DNA of 64,000 nucleotides from an uncultured delta proteobacterium (GCA_963817385.1 CAWFOM010000027.1:29962-93961), one strand, 5' to 3'. Positions 19,595 through 31,784 are shown, counted from the first letter of the stretch. Numbers and translations: made by a program. Notes: generated by a model not told the origin, from the letters alone.

Positions 19595-20839
19595 ATGCAG
19601 AAAAAAGTGAATAAAAAGGCTACCCCCTGGAAAACGGATAACTGGTTCGTTAGTCCCTGGAACTATCTGGAGGAGGTGACCCAGGGTTTCAAGCCGCCCA
19701 AGAAGGTGAAGATCCATGACGTCACCCTGCGTGACGGAGAGCAGCAGGCGGGGATTATTTACCGCAAAGATGACAAAATCAGGATTGCCGAAAAGCTGGC
19801 GGAAGCGGGCGTGCACCGGATCGAGACGGGAATGCCGGCCGTTTCTCCCATGGACGAAGCGGCGATCCGGGAGATCGTAAAGCGCAAGCTCGGCCCGGAG
19901 ATCTTCTGCTTCAGCCGCTGCATCGTGGACGACGTGAAGCGGGCGGCGGACTGCGGCGTGACCGGCGTCGTGATTGAAATCCCCGTCAGCGCCCACATGG
20001 TGAGCCAGGCCTACAAGTGGCCCCTCGAGAAGGCGATCGATCTGTCGATCAAGGCGACGGCCGCCGCCAAGAAGGAGGGTCTCTACACGGTCTTCTTCAC
20101 GATCGACGGGACGCGGGCCGACATGGACTTCCTGCTCAACCTGGTGGATCGGGTGGCCACGGAAGGACACATGGACGCCTTCACCCTCGTCGATACCTTT
20201 GGCGTTCTTAATCCCCAGGCCGCGACCTACTTCACCCGCAAGGTGAAGGAACGGGTGAAGAAGCCCATCGAGGTCCACTTCCACTCGGACTTCGGCCTCG
20301 GTGTGGCCAATACGATCATGGCGGTTCTTTCGGGGGCGGAGGTCATCCACTCCACGGTGGGGGGCATCGGCGAGCGGTGCGGAAACGCCGCCATGGAAGA
20401 GACGGTGATGGCGCTCTTGACGATGTACGGAATCGATGTGGGCATCAACTACGGCAAGCTCAATGAGCTCTCCAAGTTGGTCATGAAGATTTCCGGGCTG
20501 GAAGTCCCGCCCCAGCGACCCTTTGTCGGCGAGAAGGCCTACACCGTCGAATCGGGGATCGTCACCGGCTGGTACCGGAACGCCTACGAGAAGAACCCAA
20601 CGACCGTGTTTCCTCTCCTGCCCGAGTTTGTCGGTCACACCAGACCCGAAATCATCATGGGCAAAAAGAGCGGCGTGGATAACATTGCCGTCTGGGCGGA
20701 GAAGCTTCGCCTCAAGATCGGTGAGGACAAGAAGATGGAGATCCTCAAACGGATCAAGCGTCGTTCCCATGATTTGCGGCGCGTCCTTACCGAAAAGGAG
20801 TTCAGGGAGATCGTCAGAGAGGTAAAGGCCGGGAAATAA
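19595..20839 (+). CDS. DRE-TIM metallolyase (LeuA/homocitrate synthase-like) lacking the LeuA regulatory domain
   Basis: HDVTLRDGEQ, HFHSDFG, GIGERCGN; 414 aa. Confidence 0.85.
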   Translation: MQKKVNKKATPWKTDNWFVSPWNYLEEVTQGFKPPKKVKIHDVTLRDGEQQAGIIYRKDDKIRIAEKLAEAGVHRIETGMPAVSPMDEAAIREIVKRKLGPEIFCFSRCIVDDVKRAADCGVTGVVIEIPVSAHMVSQAYKWPLEKAIDLSIKATAAAKKEGLYTVFFTIDGTRADMDFLLNLVDRVATEGHMDAFTLVDTFGVLNPQAATYFTRKVKERVKKPIEVHFHSDFGLGVANTIMAVLSGAEVIHSTVGGIGERCGNAAMEETVMALLTMYGIDVGINYGKLNELSKLVMKISGLEVPPQRPFVGEKAYTVESGIVTGWYRNAYEKNPTTVFPLLPEFVGHTRPEIIMGKKSGVDNIAVWAEKLRLKIGEDKKMEILKRIKRRSHDLRRVLTEKEFREIVREVKAGK

Positions 20840-20995
20840 TCCGCCGGAGAGATCGATGGGGACCGGTGCGTGTCCGTATGCGGGAGCTGTTCATTTGCCG
20901 TCACGTTCTAAGAAAATGGCCGGCCCCGCAATTTCTTTCTGGCGATGAGCCATCGACAAGAATCAAATCCTCAACAAGAAGGGGGATGAGCGGGG

Positions 20996-22378
20996 ATGCT
21001 GGATCAAGCCGTCAAAGACGAGCTCAAAGCGATTGTGGGCGCGGGGAGGTACTTCGACAATGAGGAAGATCTTCTCCTGTATTCGTACGACGCCTTCATG
21101 GTTCAGGGGAAGCCGGATGTGGCGCTTTTGCCGGTCAGCACGGAAGAGGTTTCCCGGATCATGAAAGTGGCTTCCCGGGAGAAGATTCCGGTAACCGCCC
21201 GGGGCGCGGGGACCAACCTCGCCGGGGGGTCCATAGCCACCCGGGGAGGCATCGTCCTGTCCTTCACCAAGATGAATAAAATACTCTCCATCGACAAGGA
21301 GAACCGGGCGGCGGTCCTTCAGCCCGGCGTGATCAACATGGAGTTCCAGCAGGAGCTCACGAAAAGGGGGCTGTATTACCCTCCGGATCCCGGATCCATG
21401 GCGGTTTCGACCATGGGCGGAAATGTGGCTGAAAATGCGGGCGGACCACGGGCGGTGAAATACGGCGTCACCAAGGACTATCTCCTCGGCTTGGAGGTCG
21501 TCCTCGCCTCCGGGGAGATCCTGCGCACCGGAGGGAAGACCCTCAAGAACGTGACGGGGTACAATCTGACGCAGCTGTTCTGCGGTTCGGAGGGCACCCT
21601 GGGTTTGATCACCGAGATCACGGTGAAGCTGATCCCGCTCCCCGAGACGAAAAGGACGCTCCAGGCCGTCTTCAAGAACCTGAGCGATGCCGGAAGGACC
21701 GTCGCCAGGGTCTTCGAAATCGGCATCCTGCCGGTGGCCCTCGAGATCGTCGACAAGGTTTCCCTCAACATCATCGAGGACTATATGCATCTGGGTCTCC
21801 CGCGCGAAGCGGAGGCCCTTCTGTTGATCGAAGTCGACGGCCCGGAGGCGGCGGTGGCAGGAGAATCGGAACGGCTCACCCTGCTCTGCCGGGAAATGGG
21901 GGCCCACGAGGTGAAGGTCGCCAGGACCGTTGAAGAGAATGACGAGATCTGGAAGGCCAGGCGTTCCGCGTACGGAACGGGGGCGCGGCTGAGACCCACG
22001 GCGATTGCGGAAGATTGCACGGTCCCCATAGGGAATCTGGTTGCCATGTTTCAGGCGGTGGCCGAGATTGCCGAGAAGTATCAACTGCTCATTCCGGTGG
22101 TCGCCCATGCGGGAGACGGGAATCTCCATCCCATGATCCTCACGGACAGCAGCGATCAGGAAGAGATGGCGCGGGTGCTCAAAGCCATGGACGAGATCTC
22201 GATCAAGGCCGTGGAACTGGGGGGCACGCTGACCGGAGAGCACGGCATCGGGATCGCGAAAAGGGAGATTCTCCCCTTTGAAATCGGAGAGGTAGCGATG
22301 GCAATTACGCGGAATATCAAGAAGGCCTTTGACCCGTTGAATATTTTAAACCCGGATAAAGTGGTCCGGATCGTATAG
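20996..22378 (+). CDS. glcD: FAD-linked oxidase, GlcD-like
   Basis: RGAGTNLAGG, YPPDPGS, GSEGTLG, HAGDGNLH, GEHGIG. Confidence 0.85.
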   Translation: MLDQAVKDELKAIVGAGRYFDNEEDLLLYSYDAFMVQGKPDVALLPVSTEEVSRIMKVASREKIPVTARGAGTNLAGGSIATRGGIVLSFTKMNKILSIDKENRAAVLQPGVINMEFQQELTKRGLYYPPDPGSMAVSTMGGNVAENAGGPRAVKYGVTKDYLLGLEVVLASGEILRTGGKTLKNVTGYNLTQLFCGSEGTLGLITEITVKLIPLPETKRTLQAVFKNLSDAGRTVARVFEIGILPVALEIVDKVSLNIIEDYMHLGLPREAEALLLIEVDGPEAAVAGESERLTLLCREMGAHEVKVARTVEENDEIWKARRSAYGTGARLRPTAIAEDCTVPIGNLVAMFQAVAEIAEKYQLLIPVVAHAGDGNLHPMILTDSSDQEEMARVLKAMDEISIKAVELGGTLTGEHGIGIAKREILPFEIGEVAMAITRNIKKAFDPLNILNPDKVVRIV

Positions 22379-22412
22379 TCAACAGCCTGTTACACGTGCC
22401 TGGAGTTGGTGG

Positions 22413-23690
22413 ATGGATCCTCAGGAAATGCAAGCAACGAAGGATATCGTGGATCACTGCAACAAATGCGGGCTCTGCATGTCTGCATGCCCCGTTTACC
22501 AGCAGGTATTGATCGAGGCCGCGAACCCCCGGGGCAGGATTCAACTGGTAAAGTACTTCCTGGACGGGAAAATCCCCCTTACGAAACGGTTTAAGGAGAT
22601 CATCCTTACCTGCCTTCTGTGCGAGACCTGCGTGGTGAATTGTCCGAGCGGCGTGCGACACGATCAGGTCTTTAACAACATGCGGGCGGAGCTGGTCAAG
22701 CAGTACGGCCTCAATTGGAAGAAGCGCCTGGTTTTCAATTTGCTGACCAACGAGAAGTTGCTTCATTCATCGATCATCTTTGCCAAGCTCGGCCGAAACT
22801 GGCTGATAGAGAACCTTGCGAAGGGGATGCCGATCGGAAACATTCCCGCCGGCAGACTTCCGATGGTAAACCGCAAACCATTCCGCGATCAGTTTGCGGG
22901 GATGATCCGCCCCGACGGGGAGGCGAGAGGCCGGGTGTTCTATTTTACGGGCTGCTTTACCAACTATTTCGCCGGGGACGTGGGTCAGGCGGTCGTCAAT
23001 GTCCTCAAGAAGCTCCACGTGGAGATCGAGATCCCCGCGGCCGAGGATTGCTGCGGGATCGCCGCGATCCTCGCAGGGGAAGGAGACCTCCCCCTGAAGA
23101 ATGTCGAGAAGAATATCTCGACCCTGTCCCGTGCCGAGGTGGATACCGTACTGGTCGATTGCGCCACCTGCGGCGCCGCCTTCAGGAAGGAGTACATCGA
23201 CCTGCTGAAACGGAAAGGGATGGACACCACCCAGGCGGAGATCCTGAAAGGGAAAACCCGGGATGTTCTGGAGTATGTCGCGGAGCGGCTCGATGAGCTT
23301 CCTCTGCCGAAGGACTACCATGGAGAGAAGATCCGGGTGACCTATCACGACCCCTGCCACCTGGTTCGCGCTCAGGGGGTGAGCGAGGCCCCGAGAAAGA
23401 TTCTCAAGGCATTGCCCCAGGTCGAATATGTGGAGATGGCGGAGGCAAACGCCTGCTGCGGCGGGGGCGGTTCCTTCCAGTTCGATTTCCCCGGGGTTTC
23501 AAAAGGGATCACGGAAAAGAAGATTCGGCACATCCGCGAGACGGGCGCCTGCTGCGTCGTTACCGGGTGCCCCGGATGCCGGGTGACGATCGGCGGCAAC
23601 ATGGGCGATGAGGACCGCATCACCGTCCTGCATCCCATGCAGCTCCTGGACATGGCCCTTTCCGGCAAGGAGCTCGGAAAAATAGCTTGA
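22413..23690 (+). CDS. glcF: Fe-S / CCG-domain oxidoreductase subunit, GlcF-like
   Basis: Two CxxCxxCxxxCP motifs, two CCG domains, YHDPCHL. Confidence 0.82.
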   Translation: MDPQEMQATKDIVDHCNKCGLCMSACPVYQQVLIEAANPRGRIQLVKYFLDGKIPLTKRFKEIILTCLLCETCVVNCPSGVRHDQVFNNMRAELVKQYGLNWKKRLVFNLLTNEKLLHSSIIFAKLGRNWLIENLAKGMPIGNIPAGRLPMVNRKPFRDQFAGMIRPDGEARGRVFYFTGCFTNYFAGDVGQAVVNVLKKLHVEIEIPAAEDCCGIAAILAGEGDLPLKNVEKNISTLSRAEVDTVLVDCATCGAAFRKEYIDLLKRKGMDTTQAEILKGKTRDVLEYVAERLDELPLPKDYHGEKIRVTYHDPCHLVRAQGVSEAPRKILKALPQVEYVEMAEANACCGGGGSFQFDFPGVSKGITEKKIRHIRETGACCVVTGCPGCRVTIGGNMGDEDRITVLHPMQLLDMALSGKELGKIA

Positions 23691-23797
23691 CAGTCCGGTC
23701 GAATTGATTTAAACAGACCACAAATCAGCGATGATCCGAGCTGCCTCTGCGCAGGCCGGACGGGGACCCGGAAAGGGTACGGAGAGGTTTGATAAAC

Positions 23798-23914
23798 ATG
23801 ACAGCGGCTGCGGCAATGGCGAACATCAGCTTGATTCTGCCCATCCTTTTGGGTCTCGCCCTTCTTTGCCTTACACTCAGGAGCCGCCGCCCGTCGTTTT
23901 TAGGACTTCCGTAA
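23798..23914 (+). CDS. leu operon leader peptide (38 aa, 11 Leu)
   Basis: MTAAAAMANISLILPILLGLALLCLTLRSRRPSFLGLP; SD GGAGAGG at 23781; followed by a terminator just before leuA. Confidence 0.7.
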   Translation: MTAAAAMANISLILPILLGLALLCLTLRSRRPSFLGLP

Positions 23915-23938
23915 CCACCGATCAAAAGATCAAAACCT

Positions 23939-23972
23939 AAAGGCCATGGGCGACAAACCCATGGCCTTTTTT
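23939..23972 (+). terminator. attenuator terminator upstream of leuA
   Basis: AAAGGCCATGGG-cgacaaa-CCCATGGCCTTT followed by further Ts. Confidence 0.85.
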
Positions 23973-23995
23973 ATTTCGTGTGAAAGGAGTCGGAC

Positions 23996-25543
23996 ATGCA
24001 GCAGGCTACAGGAGAGAGGGTTTTAATTTTTGACACGACGCTGAGGGACGGCGAGCAGTCGCCGGGGGCGAGCATGAACCCGGATGAAAAATTGCGGATC
24101 GCCCGCCAGCTCGAAAAAATGGGTGTGGATATCATCGAGGCCGGTTTCCCGGTCGCCTCGGACGGGGATTTCGAATCCGTACGGCAGATAGCGCAGGAGG
24201 TTCGGGGATGCCAGATCGCGGGGCTCGCCCGGGCGAACGCCCCCGACATCGACCGCGCCTGGGAAGCGGTGGCCAAGGCCGCCTCCCCCCGGATCCACAC
24301 GTTCATCTCCTCATCGGACATCCACCTCAAGTACCAGCTCAAGAAATCGCGCGCGGAGGTCCTCAAGGAGGCGATCGCCGCGGTCGCCCACGCCTGCGGC
24401 TACACGCGCAATGTGGAGTTCTCGCCGATGGACGCAACCCGGAGCGACCGGGACTACCTCTGCGAGATGGTCGAGGCGGTCATCGCCGCGGGGGCGACGA
24501 CGGTCAACATCCCGGACACGGTGGGCTATGCGATCCCGGAGGAGTTCGGCGATCTGATCGCGACGCTCTTTGCGAAGGTGCCGAACATCCGCCAGGCGGT
24601 CATCTCGGTCCACTGCCACAACGATCTCGGCCTCGCGACCGCCAATGCGCTTGCCGCCGTGAAAAACGGGGCGCGCCAGGTGGAGTGCACGATCAACGGG
24701 ATCGGCGAGCGGGCGGGGAACAGCGCGATGGAGGAGATCGTCATGGCGCTCAAGACACGGAAGGACCTCTTCGGTCTCCAGACGGGGATCAAGACCGAGT
24801 ACATCCACCAGACCTCGCGGCTCCTCACGCAGATCACGGGCATCCCCGTCCAGCCGAACAAGGCGATCGTCGGGGCGAACGCCTTCGCCCACGAGTCGGG
24901 CATCCACCAGGACGGCCTCATCAAGGAGAAGATCACCTACGAGATCATGACCCCCCAGTCGGTCGGGATCGCGGATACCCATATCGTCCTCGGCAAGCAT
25001 TCGGGGCGCCACGCCATCGCCGACCGCCTGAAGGGGATGGGCTACGGCATGTCCGATGAGGAGATCAACCGGATCTTCGTCCGGTTCAAGGAGCTCGCCG
25101 ATGTCAAGAAGGAGGTGTTCGACGAGGACCTGGAGGCGATTGTCTACGAGGAGACCTCGCGGCACGAGGAGAAATACCGCTTCCTCTACCTCAACGTCGT
25201 GAGCGGAAACGCCGCAGTGCCGACGGCGACGATGCAGATGGAGGTGGACGGGAAGATGGTCCAGGAGGCGGGTTTCGGCGTCGGGCCGGTGGACGCCACC
25301 TTCGCGGCGATCCGGAAGATCACGAAGACCAACTACCCGCTTCTGAAATACGCCGTTACCGCGGTGACGGGAGGAACCGACGCCCAGGGGGAGGCGACGG
25401 TGCAGCTCAAGTTCGACGGCCGCTCGGCCGTCGGCCGGGGCGCCCATCCGGACATCCTGGTCGCTTCGGCCAAGGCCTATATCAACGCCCTGAACCGTCT
25501 GGAGTGGCTGAGCAAGGATATCAAGAAGGTCGAGGTTGCATAA
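23996..25543 (+). CDS. leuA: 2-isopropylmalate synthase
   Basis: [37 protein letters not shown], regulatory domain with GPVDA. Confidence 0.95.
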   Translation: MQQATGERVLIFDTTLRDGEQSPGASMNPDEKLRIARQLEKMGVDIIEAGFPVASDGDFESVRQIAQEVRGCQIAGLARANAPDIDRAWEAVAKAASPRIHTFISSSDIHLKYQLKKSRAEVLKEAIAAVAHACGYTRNVEFSPMDATRSDRDYLCEMVEAVIAAGATTVNIPDTVGYAIPEEFGDLIATLFAKVPNIRQAVISVHCHNDLGLATANALAAVKNGARQVECTINGIGERAGNSAMEEIVMALKTRKDLFGLQTGIKTEYIHQTSRLLTQITGIPVQPNKAIVGANAFAHESGIHQDGLIKEKITYEIMTPQSVGIADTHIVLGKHSGRHAIADRLKGMGYGMSDEEINRIFVRFKELADVKKEVFDEDLEAIVYEETSRHEEKYRFLYLNVVSGNAAVPTATMQMEVDGKMVQEAGFGVGPVDATFAAIRKITKTNYPLLKYAVTAVTGGTDAQGEATVQLKFDGRSAVGRGAHPDILVASAKAYINALNRLEWLSKDIKKVEVA

Positions 25544-25636
25544 AAGTCGAGGTTGCATAAAATATGAAGATCCGGTAAGCAAGGGCGGACGTTCCGAGTC
25601 ACCAAAATTTTCGAATCGCCTAAGGAGAATGAAAAC

Positions 25637-26896
<1,260 letters not shown>

Positions 26897-26926
26897 TTTA
26901 CAATCGATCAGAAAGGACGTGACGAT

Positions 26927-27427
26927 ATGAAATTCAGAGGGAAAGTCTGGAAATTCGGAGACAACATCGATACCGACGCCATCATCCCGGCCCGGTATCT
27001 CAACATCTGGGACCCGAAGGGCTTGGCCGCCCACTGCATGGAGGACGCCGATCCCGACTTCATGAAGAAGATGAAACCGGGGGACATCATCGTCGGCGGG
27101 GAGAATTTCGGCTGCGGTTCGTCGCGGGAGCACGCCCCGATCGCCATCAAGGCGGCGGGGATCGCCTGCGTCGTGGCCAAGAGCTTCGCCCGGATCTTCT
27201 ACCGGAATTCGTTCGATATGGGGCTTCCGATCTTCGAGTCGCGCGAACTGCCCGACCGGGTGGCCGAAGGGGCGGAGATCGAGGTCGATGCCGACAACGG
27301 GCTGATCCGGATCATCGGCGGCGCGTCCGAGCCGCTCCGCATCCAGCCGGTCCCGCCCTTCATGCAGGAGCTCATCGCCGACGGCGGGCTGATGAATCAC
27401 ATCGCAAAAAAGCGGAGGGCGAAATGA
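26927..27427 (+). CDS. leuD: 3-isopropylmalate dehydratase small subunit
   Basis: [30 protein letters not shown]. Confidence 0.95.
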   Translation: MKFRGKVWKFGDNIDTDAIIPARYLNIWDPKGLAAHCMEDADPDFMKKMKPGDIIVGGENFGCGSSREHAPIAIKAAGIACVVAKSFARIFYRNSFDMGLPIFESRELPDRVAEGAEIEVDADNGLIRIIGGASEPLRIQPVPPFMQELIADGGLMNHIAKKRRAK

Positions 27428-28509
27428 AGGAATATCGCATAGCGGTCCTCCCCGGCGACGGGATCGGGCCGGAGATCATGCGGGAGGCGCGGAAGGTCCT
27501 CGACGTCGTGGCCGCACGCTCCGGCGTCCGGTTCGCGATGGAGGAGGGGCTGGTCGGCGGATCGGCCTACGACCGGTTCGGCACCCCGCTGCCCGAGGAT
27601 GTCCTGGCGATGGCCGTGGCGAGCGACGCCGTTCTCCTCGGCGCCGTGGGCGGCCCGAAATGGGAGCCGCTCGACTACAGCCTCCGGCCGGAGCGGGGCC
27701 TCCTCGGCCTCCGGTCGGGTCTCGGCCTCTTCGCGAACCTCCGGCCGGTCGTCGTCTTCGAGGACCTGATCGACGCCTCGCCGCTCAAGCCGCAGGTCGT
27801 CCGGGGCATCGATCTCATGATCGTCCGTGAACTCCTGGGCGACGCCTACTTCGGCAAGCCCCGCGGCGTCCATATCGAGAACGGCCAGCGGGTCGGGATC
27901 AATACCATGGTCTATACCGAGGCGGAGATCCGGCGGATCGCGAAGGTGGGCTTCGATCTTGCCCGGGCGCGGCGCAAGAAGCTCCTCTCCGTCGACAAGG
28001 CAAACGTCCTCGAAACGACGGAGCTCTGGCGGGACGTAGTCACGGAGATGGGCCGCGACTATCCGGACGTGGCGCTCCAGCACATGTATGTCGACAACTG
28101 CGCGATGCAGCTCATTCGGAACCCCGGCCAGTTCGACGTGATCGTGACCACGAACATGTTCGGCGACATCCTGAGCGATGAGGCGTCGATGCTGACCGGA
28201 TCGCTGGGGATGCTCCCCTCGGCCAGCCTGGGCGCGAAGACCGCGATGTACGAGCCCTCCCACGGCTCCGCCCCGGACATCGCCGGGCGGAATATCGCCA
28301 ACCCCCTCGCCACGATCCTGTCGGCGGCGATGATGCTCCGCCACTCCTTCGGGATGGAGGATGAGGCGGCGGCGGTTGAAAAGGCCGTCCGCGCGGTCCT
28401 GAAGGACGGTTTCCGGACGGAGGATATCCGCCAGGAGGGTGCCAAGATCGTCGGCACCGTCAAGATGGGGGATCTCGTGGCCGAAAAGACCGGCTCGCTC
28501 ATGGCATGA
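27424..28509 (+). CDS. leuB: 3-isopropylmalate dehydrogenase
   Basis: [41 protein letters not shown]. Confidence 0.95.
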   Translation: MKEYRIAVLPGDGIGPEIMREARKVLDVVAARSGVRFAMEEGLVGGSAYDRFGTPLPEDVLAMAVASDAVLLGAVGGPKWEPLDYSLRPERGLLGLRSGLGLFANLRPVVVFEDLIDASPLKPQVVRGIDLMIVRELLGDAYFGKPRGVHIENGQRVGINTMVYTEAEIRRIAKVGFDLARARRKKLLSVDKANVLETTELWRDVVTEMGRDYPDVALQHMYVDNCAMQLIRNPGQFDVIVTTNMFGDILSDEASMLTGSLGMLPSASLGAKTAMYEPSHGSAPDIAGRNIANPLATILSAAMMLRHSFGMEDEAAAVEKAVRAVLKDGFRTEDIRQEGAKIVGTVKMGDLVAEKTGSLMA

Positions 28510-28545
28510 GCGAGCGGAATCCGAAGCGCTCACGGGAGGAGGACA

Positions 28546-29127
28546 ATGGGTATTCCAGAGATGAAAGAACGGCTGATCGAGATGATCCTCGAGAGGTCCT
28601 TCAAATACAGCGACAACCCGCCCTTCACGCTCGTCTCCGGACGGAAGAGCAACTACTTCTTCAACTGCAAGCCGACGACGCTCGATCCGGAGGGGATGAA
28701 CCTCATCGGGGCACTCGTCTTTGACATGCTGGCCGATTCCCCGGTGACCGCGGCCGGCGGCCTGACCCTCGGGGCGGATCCGATCGCCAATGCCCTGTCG
28801 GTCATCTCCTTCCAGAAGGGGAGGCCCATCAAATCCTTCATCGTCCGCAAGGATGTCAAGGATCACGGCCTCAAGGACGTCATCGCGGGGAATGTCCAGC
28901 CCGGGGATAAGGTGGCGATCCTCGACGACGTAATCACCACCGGCGGCTCCACCATCACCGCCATCGAGCGGGCGCGGGAGCAGGGGCTGGTGATCGACCG
29001 GGTCATCGCGCTCATCGACCGCGAAGAGGGGGGACGGGAGAATATCCTGGCCCACGTCAGGCGGGTGGACGCCGTCCTCACCCGGACGGAGATCATGGCC
29101 CGGTACCGGGGGAAGCCGGCGGCCTAA
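28546..29127 (+). CDS. pyrE: orotate phosphoribosyltransferase
   Basis: FTLVSGRKS, GGLTLGADP, VRKDVKDHG, LDDVITTGGS. Confidence 0.92.
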   Translation: MGIPEMKERLIEMILERSFKYSDNPPFTLVSGRKSNYFFNCKPTTLDPEGMNLIGALVFDMLADSPVTAAGGLTLGADPIANALSVISFQKGRPIKSFIVRKDVKDHGLKDVIAGNVQPGDKVAILDDVITTGGSTITAIERAREQGLVIDRVIALIDREEGGRENILAHVRRVDAVLTRTEIMARYRGKPAA

Positions 29128-29174
29128 CGCTGAATTTCCGGCGAGTCTCTATGTCGCGGCTTGCCTAGACCAAT

Positions 29175-29319
29175 GTCGTCATTCCGGCGAAAGTCGGGAC
29201 CGAATCCAGACGTTACCCCGGCAAATTAGCCACCCACATGTCACCCCGGCGGAAGCCGGGGTCCAGTGTTTTTGTATACACATCTGATATTTCTGGATAC
29301 CGGCTTTCGCCGGTATGAC
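29175..29319. repeat. REP-like palindromic units between convergent pyrE and ribF
   Basis: GTCATTCCGGCGAAAGTCGG...ATCCAG, GTCACCCCGGCGGAAGCCGGGGTCCAG and the inverted CTGGATACCGGCTTTCGCCGGTATGAC. Confidence 0.7.
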
Positions 29320-29353
29320 ATCTTATCCCCTTACCCTCCGCCTAAAGCCCCCG

Positions 29354-30286
29354 TCACCGTTCCGCGTGGAGGATCTTCCGGGCTTGGGCGATGTCCCGAT
29401 CGATCTGGGCGATCAGCTCCGCGGGGCTCGCGAAGCGTACCTCGTCGCGGAGCCGTTCGATGAAGAGGACGTCCAGCGTCTTTCCGTAGATATCTTCATT
29501 GAAATCGAAGATATGGACCTCGATGGAGAGCTCCTGGTCGGCGAATGTCGGGTTGAAGCCGATGTTGAGGACCCCCGGGCGGCGGTTTCCCTCGAAGAGG
29601 ACCTGGACGGCGTATACCCCGCGGGGGGGGACCAGCTCCTTGTCGGGTTTGATGTTCGCCGTCGGGAAGCCGAGCTCTACGCCCCGGCGGTGGCCGGCGA
29701 CCACCCGGCCGCCGAGATTATAGGGCCTGCCGAGGAGCGTCGCGGCGAAGCCGACCTCTCCGGCGAGAAGGGCCTCCCGGATCCTGGTGCTGCTGACCGT
29801 TGTCTCTCCGACCCGGACCGCGTTCATCACCTCGACGGCAAATCCGAGCCGCCCGCCGAGGGCGGTCAGGAAGGCCTCATTCCCCTCCTTCCCCCTCCCG
29901 AAGGTGTAGTCGTGGCCGATGATGATCTTCCGGATATGGAGCTTCTCCCAGAGGACGCCCCGGACGAACTCCTCCGCCGTGGTCCGGGCGTATTCGAGCG
30001 AGAAGGGGATCAGGATGAGGGTGTCCATATCGAGGTCCGCCAGGAGGCGGATCTTCTCTTCCGGGGAAGTGAGGAGGTAGAAGGGGCGCCGCTCCGGGTG
30101 GAGGACCATCTTGGGATGGGGTTCGAAGGTAATGACCACGGCCGGGCAGTTCTCCCGGCGCGCCTCTTCCGAAAGCCGGTGAAAAATGAGCTGGTGGCCG
30201 AGGTGGATGCCGTCGAAGTTGCCGATGGTGACGACCGCGCAGCGCAGGTCGGCCGGTATGTTTTCGATGCCCCTGATGACGTCCAT
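29354..30286 (-). CDS. ribF: bifunctional riboflavin kinase / FAD synthetase
   Basis: IGNFDGIHLGH, TFEPHP, VSSTRIR, LGFPTAN, IEVHIFDF. Confidence 0.95.
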   Translation of the reverse strand: MDVIRGIENIPADLRCAVVTIGNFDGIHLGHQLIFHRLSEEARRENCPAVVITFEPHPKMVLHPERRPFYLLTSPEEKIRLLADLDMDTLILIPFSLEYARTTAEEFVRGVLWEKLHIRKIIIGHDYTFGRGKEGNEAFLTALGGRLGFAVEVMNAVRVGETTVSSTRIREALLAGEVGFAATLLGRPYNLGGRVVAGHRRGVELGFPTANIKPDKELVPPRGVYAVQVLFEGNRRPGVLNIGFNPTFADQELSIEVHIFDFNEDIYGKTLDVLFIERLRDEVRFASPAELIAQIDRDIAQARKILHAER

Positions 30287-30440
30287 GAACGCGAATCGAC
30301 CTCCTGAAATATCGACGCTACCATAACATCAATCCCAACAATTTCAAGATCAATTGTGACGCGCCGCCGCCTCATTTTCGCTTGACAAGGTCCCGATCCT
30401 CAGTGTAGATAACCCCCAAGTTACGTACACCAAGGATATT

Positions 30441-30527
30441 GCCGAAGTGGCGGAATTGGTAGACGCGCTAGGTTCAGGGTCTAGTGGGTGTACGCCTGTC
30501 CGGGTTCAAATCCCGGCTTCGGCACCA
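30441..30527 (+). tRNA. tRNA-Leu (anticodon CAG)
   Basis: GCCGAAG/CTTCGGC acceptor stem, GGAATTGGTAGAC D-loop, CTAGG-TTCAGGG-TCTAG anticodon arm, long variable arm, GTTCAAAT T-loop, encoded CCA. Confidence 0.97.
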
Positions 30528-30549
30528 AAAGATGAAAAATTTTCTCAGT

Positions 30550-30590
30550 GGCGATGGGGAGTTAGAGATACAGTCTAACTCCCCATTGTC
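30550..30590 (+). terminator. hairpin downstream of tRNA-Leu
   Basis: GATGGGGAGTTAGA-gatacag-TCTAACTCCCCATT. Confidence 0.6.
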
Positions 30591-30672
30591 ATTTGGGGGA
30601 CTTTTCCAGGGTGCGCTGATTCTGAAGTGCTTCCTGAACTGGCGGGGAGAAAACTGGACGTAAGCTTCCCTG

Positions 30673-31494
30673 TCAAGCAGACAATTGAAAAATAGAGTTT
30701 CCGGCGTTCTTTGACAAATATTCCGCTGGCGTCAGGTCGTCCAGGGAATCATGGGGCCGCTGCTCATTGTATTCGATCATCCACCAATAGGTTGCCTCTC
30801 TGACCTCGGCCAGGTTACGGAACAGGTAGAGATCAAGCAGTTCATTCCGGTACGTCCGGTTAAAGCGTTCAATGTAGGCGTTCTGATTCGGTTCCCCGGG
30901 CTGGATGTACTGGATCATCAAACCGGCGGATTCAGCCCAGGCAACGAATTCGCCACTCAGGAACTCCGGGCCGTTATCTACCCGAAGAATATCAGGCAGG
31001 CCCCGCTCCAGGCGCAAGCGCTCAAAGACCCGAATCAGGCGTCTGCCGGTTATGGATGTGTCAATCTCGATATGAAGCACCTCGCGGTTAAAATCGTCCA
31101 TCACGTTAAAGGTTCGAATCCGTTTGCCGGTAGAGAGCATATCGCTCATGAAATCAGCCGACCAGACCTGATTGGGCAACGGAGGCACCAGCAAGGGCTG
31201 CTTAACCCGCTGGGGCAACCGCTTCTTGGCCCGTCGCTTCTGGTTCAGCTTAAGGTCGCAGTAGACACGGTACACACGTTTATGGTTCCAACCACGGCCG
31301 CTTCGTCGCAGCGCCTTGAACGTTTTCCAGAAGCCCCAGCGGGGGTGACTGTCGATCATCGCATTAATGGCGTCAATAACCTCGGCATCGCCGTCTCGGC
31401 CTTGTGGGGGGCTGTAAAACGCCGCCCGGGATAATCCGACAGATCGGCAGCTTTGCCGAACAGAAAGCTGGTGTTCGGCCACCAGATAGATCAC
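30673..31494 (-). CDS. IS3-family transposase OrfB (DDE)
   Basis: NHKRVYR, WSADF, DNGPEF, QNAYIERFN, YNEQRPH. Confidence 0.92.
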   Translation of the reverse strand: MIYLVAEHQLSVRQSCRSVGLSRAAFYSPPQGRDGDAEVIDAINAMIDSHPRWGFWKTFKALRRSGRGWNHKRVYRVYCDLKLNQKRRAKKRLPQRVKQPLLVPPLPNQVWSADFMSDMLSTGKRIRTFNVMDDFNREVLHIEIDTSITGRRLIRVFERLRLERGLPDILRVDNGPEFLSGEFVAWAESAGLMIQYIQPGEPNQNAYIERFNRTYRNELLDLYLFRNLAEVREATYWWMIEYNEQRPHDSLDDLTPAEYLSKNAGNSIFQLSA

Positions 31495-31517
31495 TGCTTC
31501 GCGCTTCTCTGGCGGCC

Positions 31518-31784
31518 CTAGAGTTTTTTTTCGATCAAATCCTTCAAAGCCCGATTTTCCATGGCCATGTCGGCATACATCCGCTTGAGCTGCGAGAGTT
31601 CCCGTTCCATCTCTTTCAGGCGCTTCAAATCCGAAGCGCTCATCCCGCCGTACTTCGATTTCCAGTTGTAGTAGGTGGCATCGGAGATCCCATGGGTGCG
31701 GCAGATCTCCTTAACCGGGGTTCCGGCATCAGCTTCCTTGAGAATGCCGATGATCTGGGTCTCGGTAAAACGCGCCTTCTTCAT
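31518..31784 (-). CDS. IS3-family transposase OrfA
   Basis: MKKARFTETQII, HGISDATYYNWKSKYGG, ends EKKL at the frameshift site. Confidence 0.92.
   Translation of the reverse strand: MKKARFTETQIIGILKEADAGTPVKEICRTHGISDATYYNWKSKYGGMSASDLKRLKEMERELSQLKRMYADMAMENRALKDLIEKKL

Noticed and set aside
25529..25562. 17-bp tandem duplication GTCGAGGTTGCATAAAA at the leuA stop
   Set aside because: Real but only two copies; likely a slippage duplication with no evident function.
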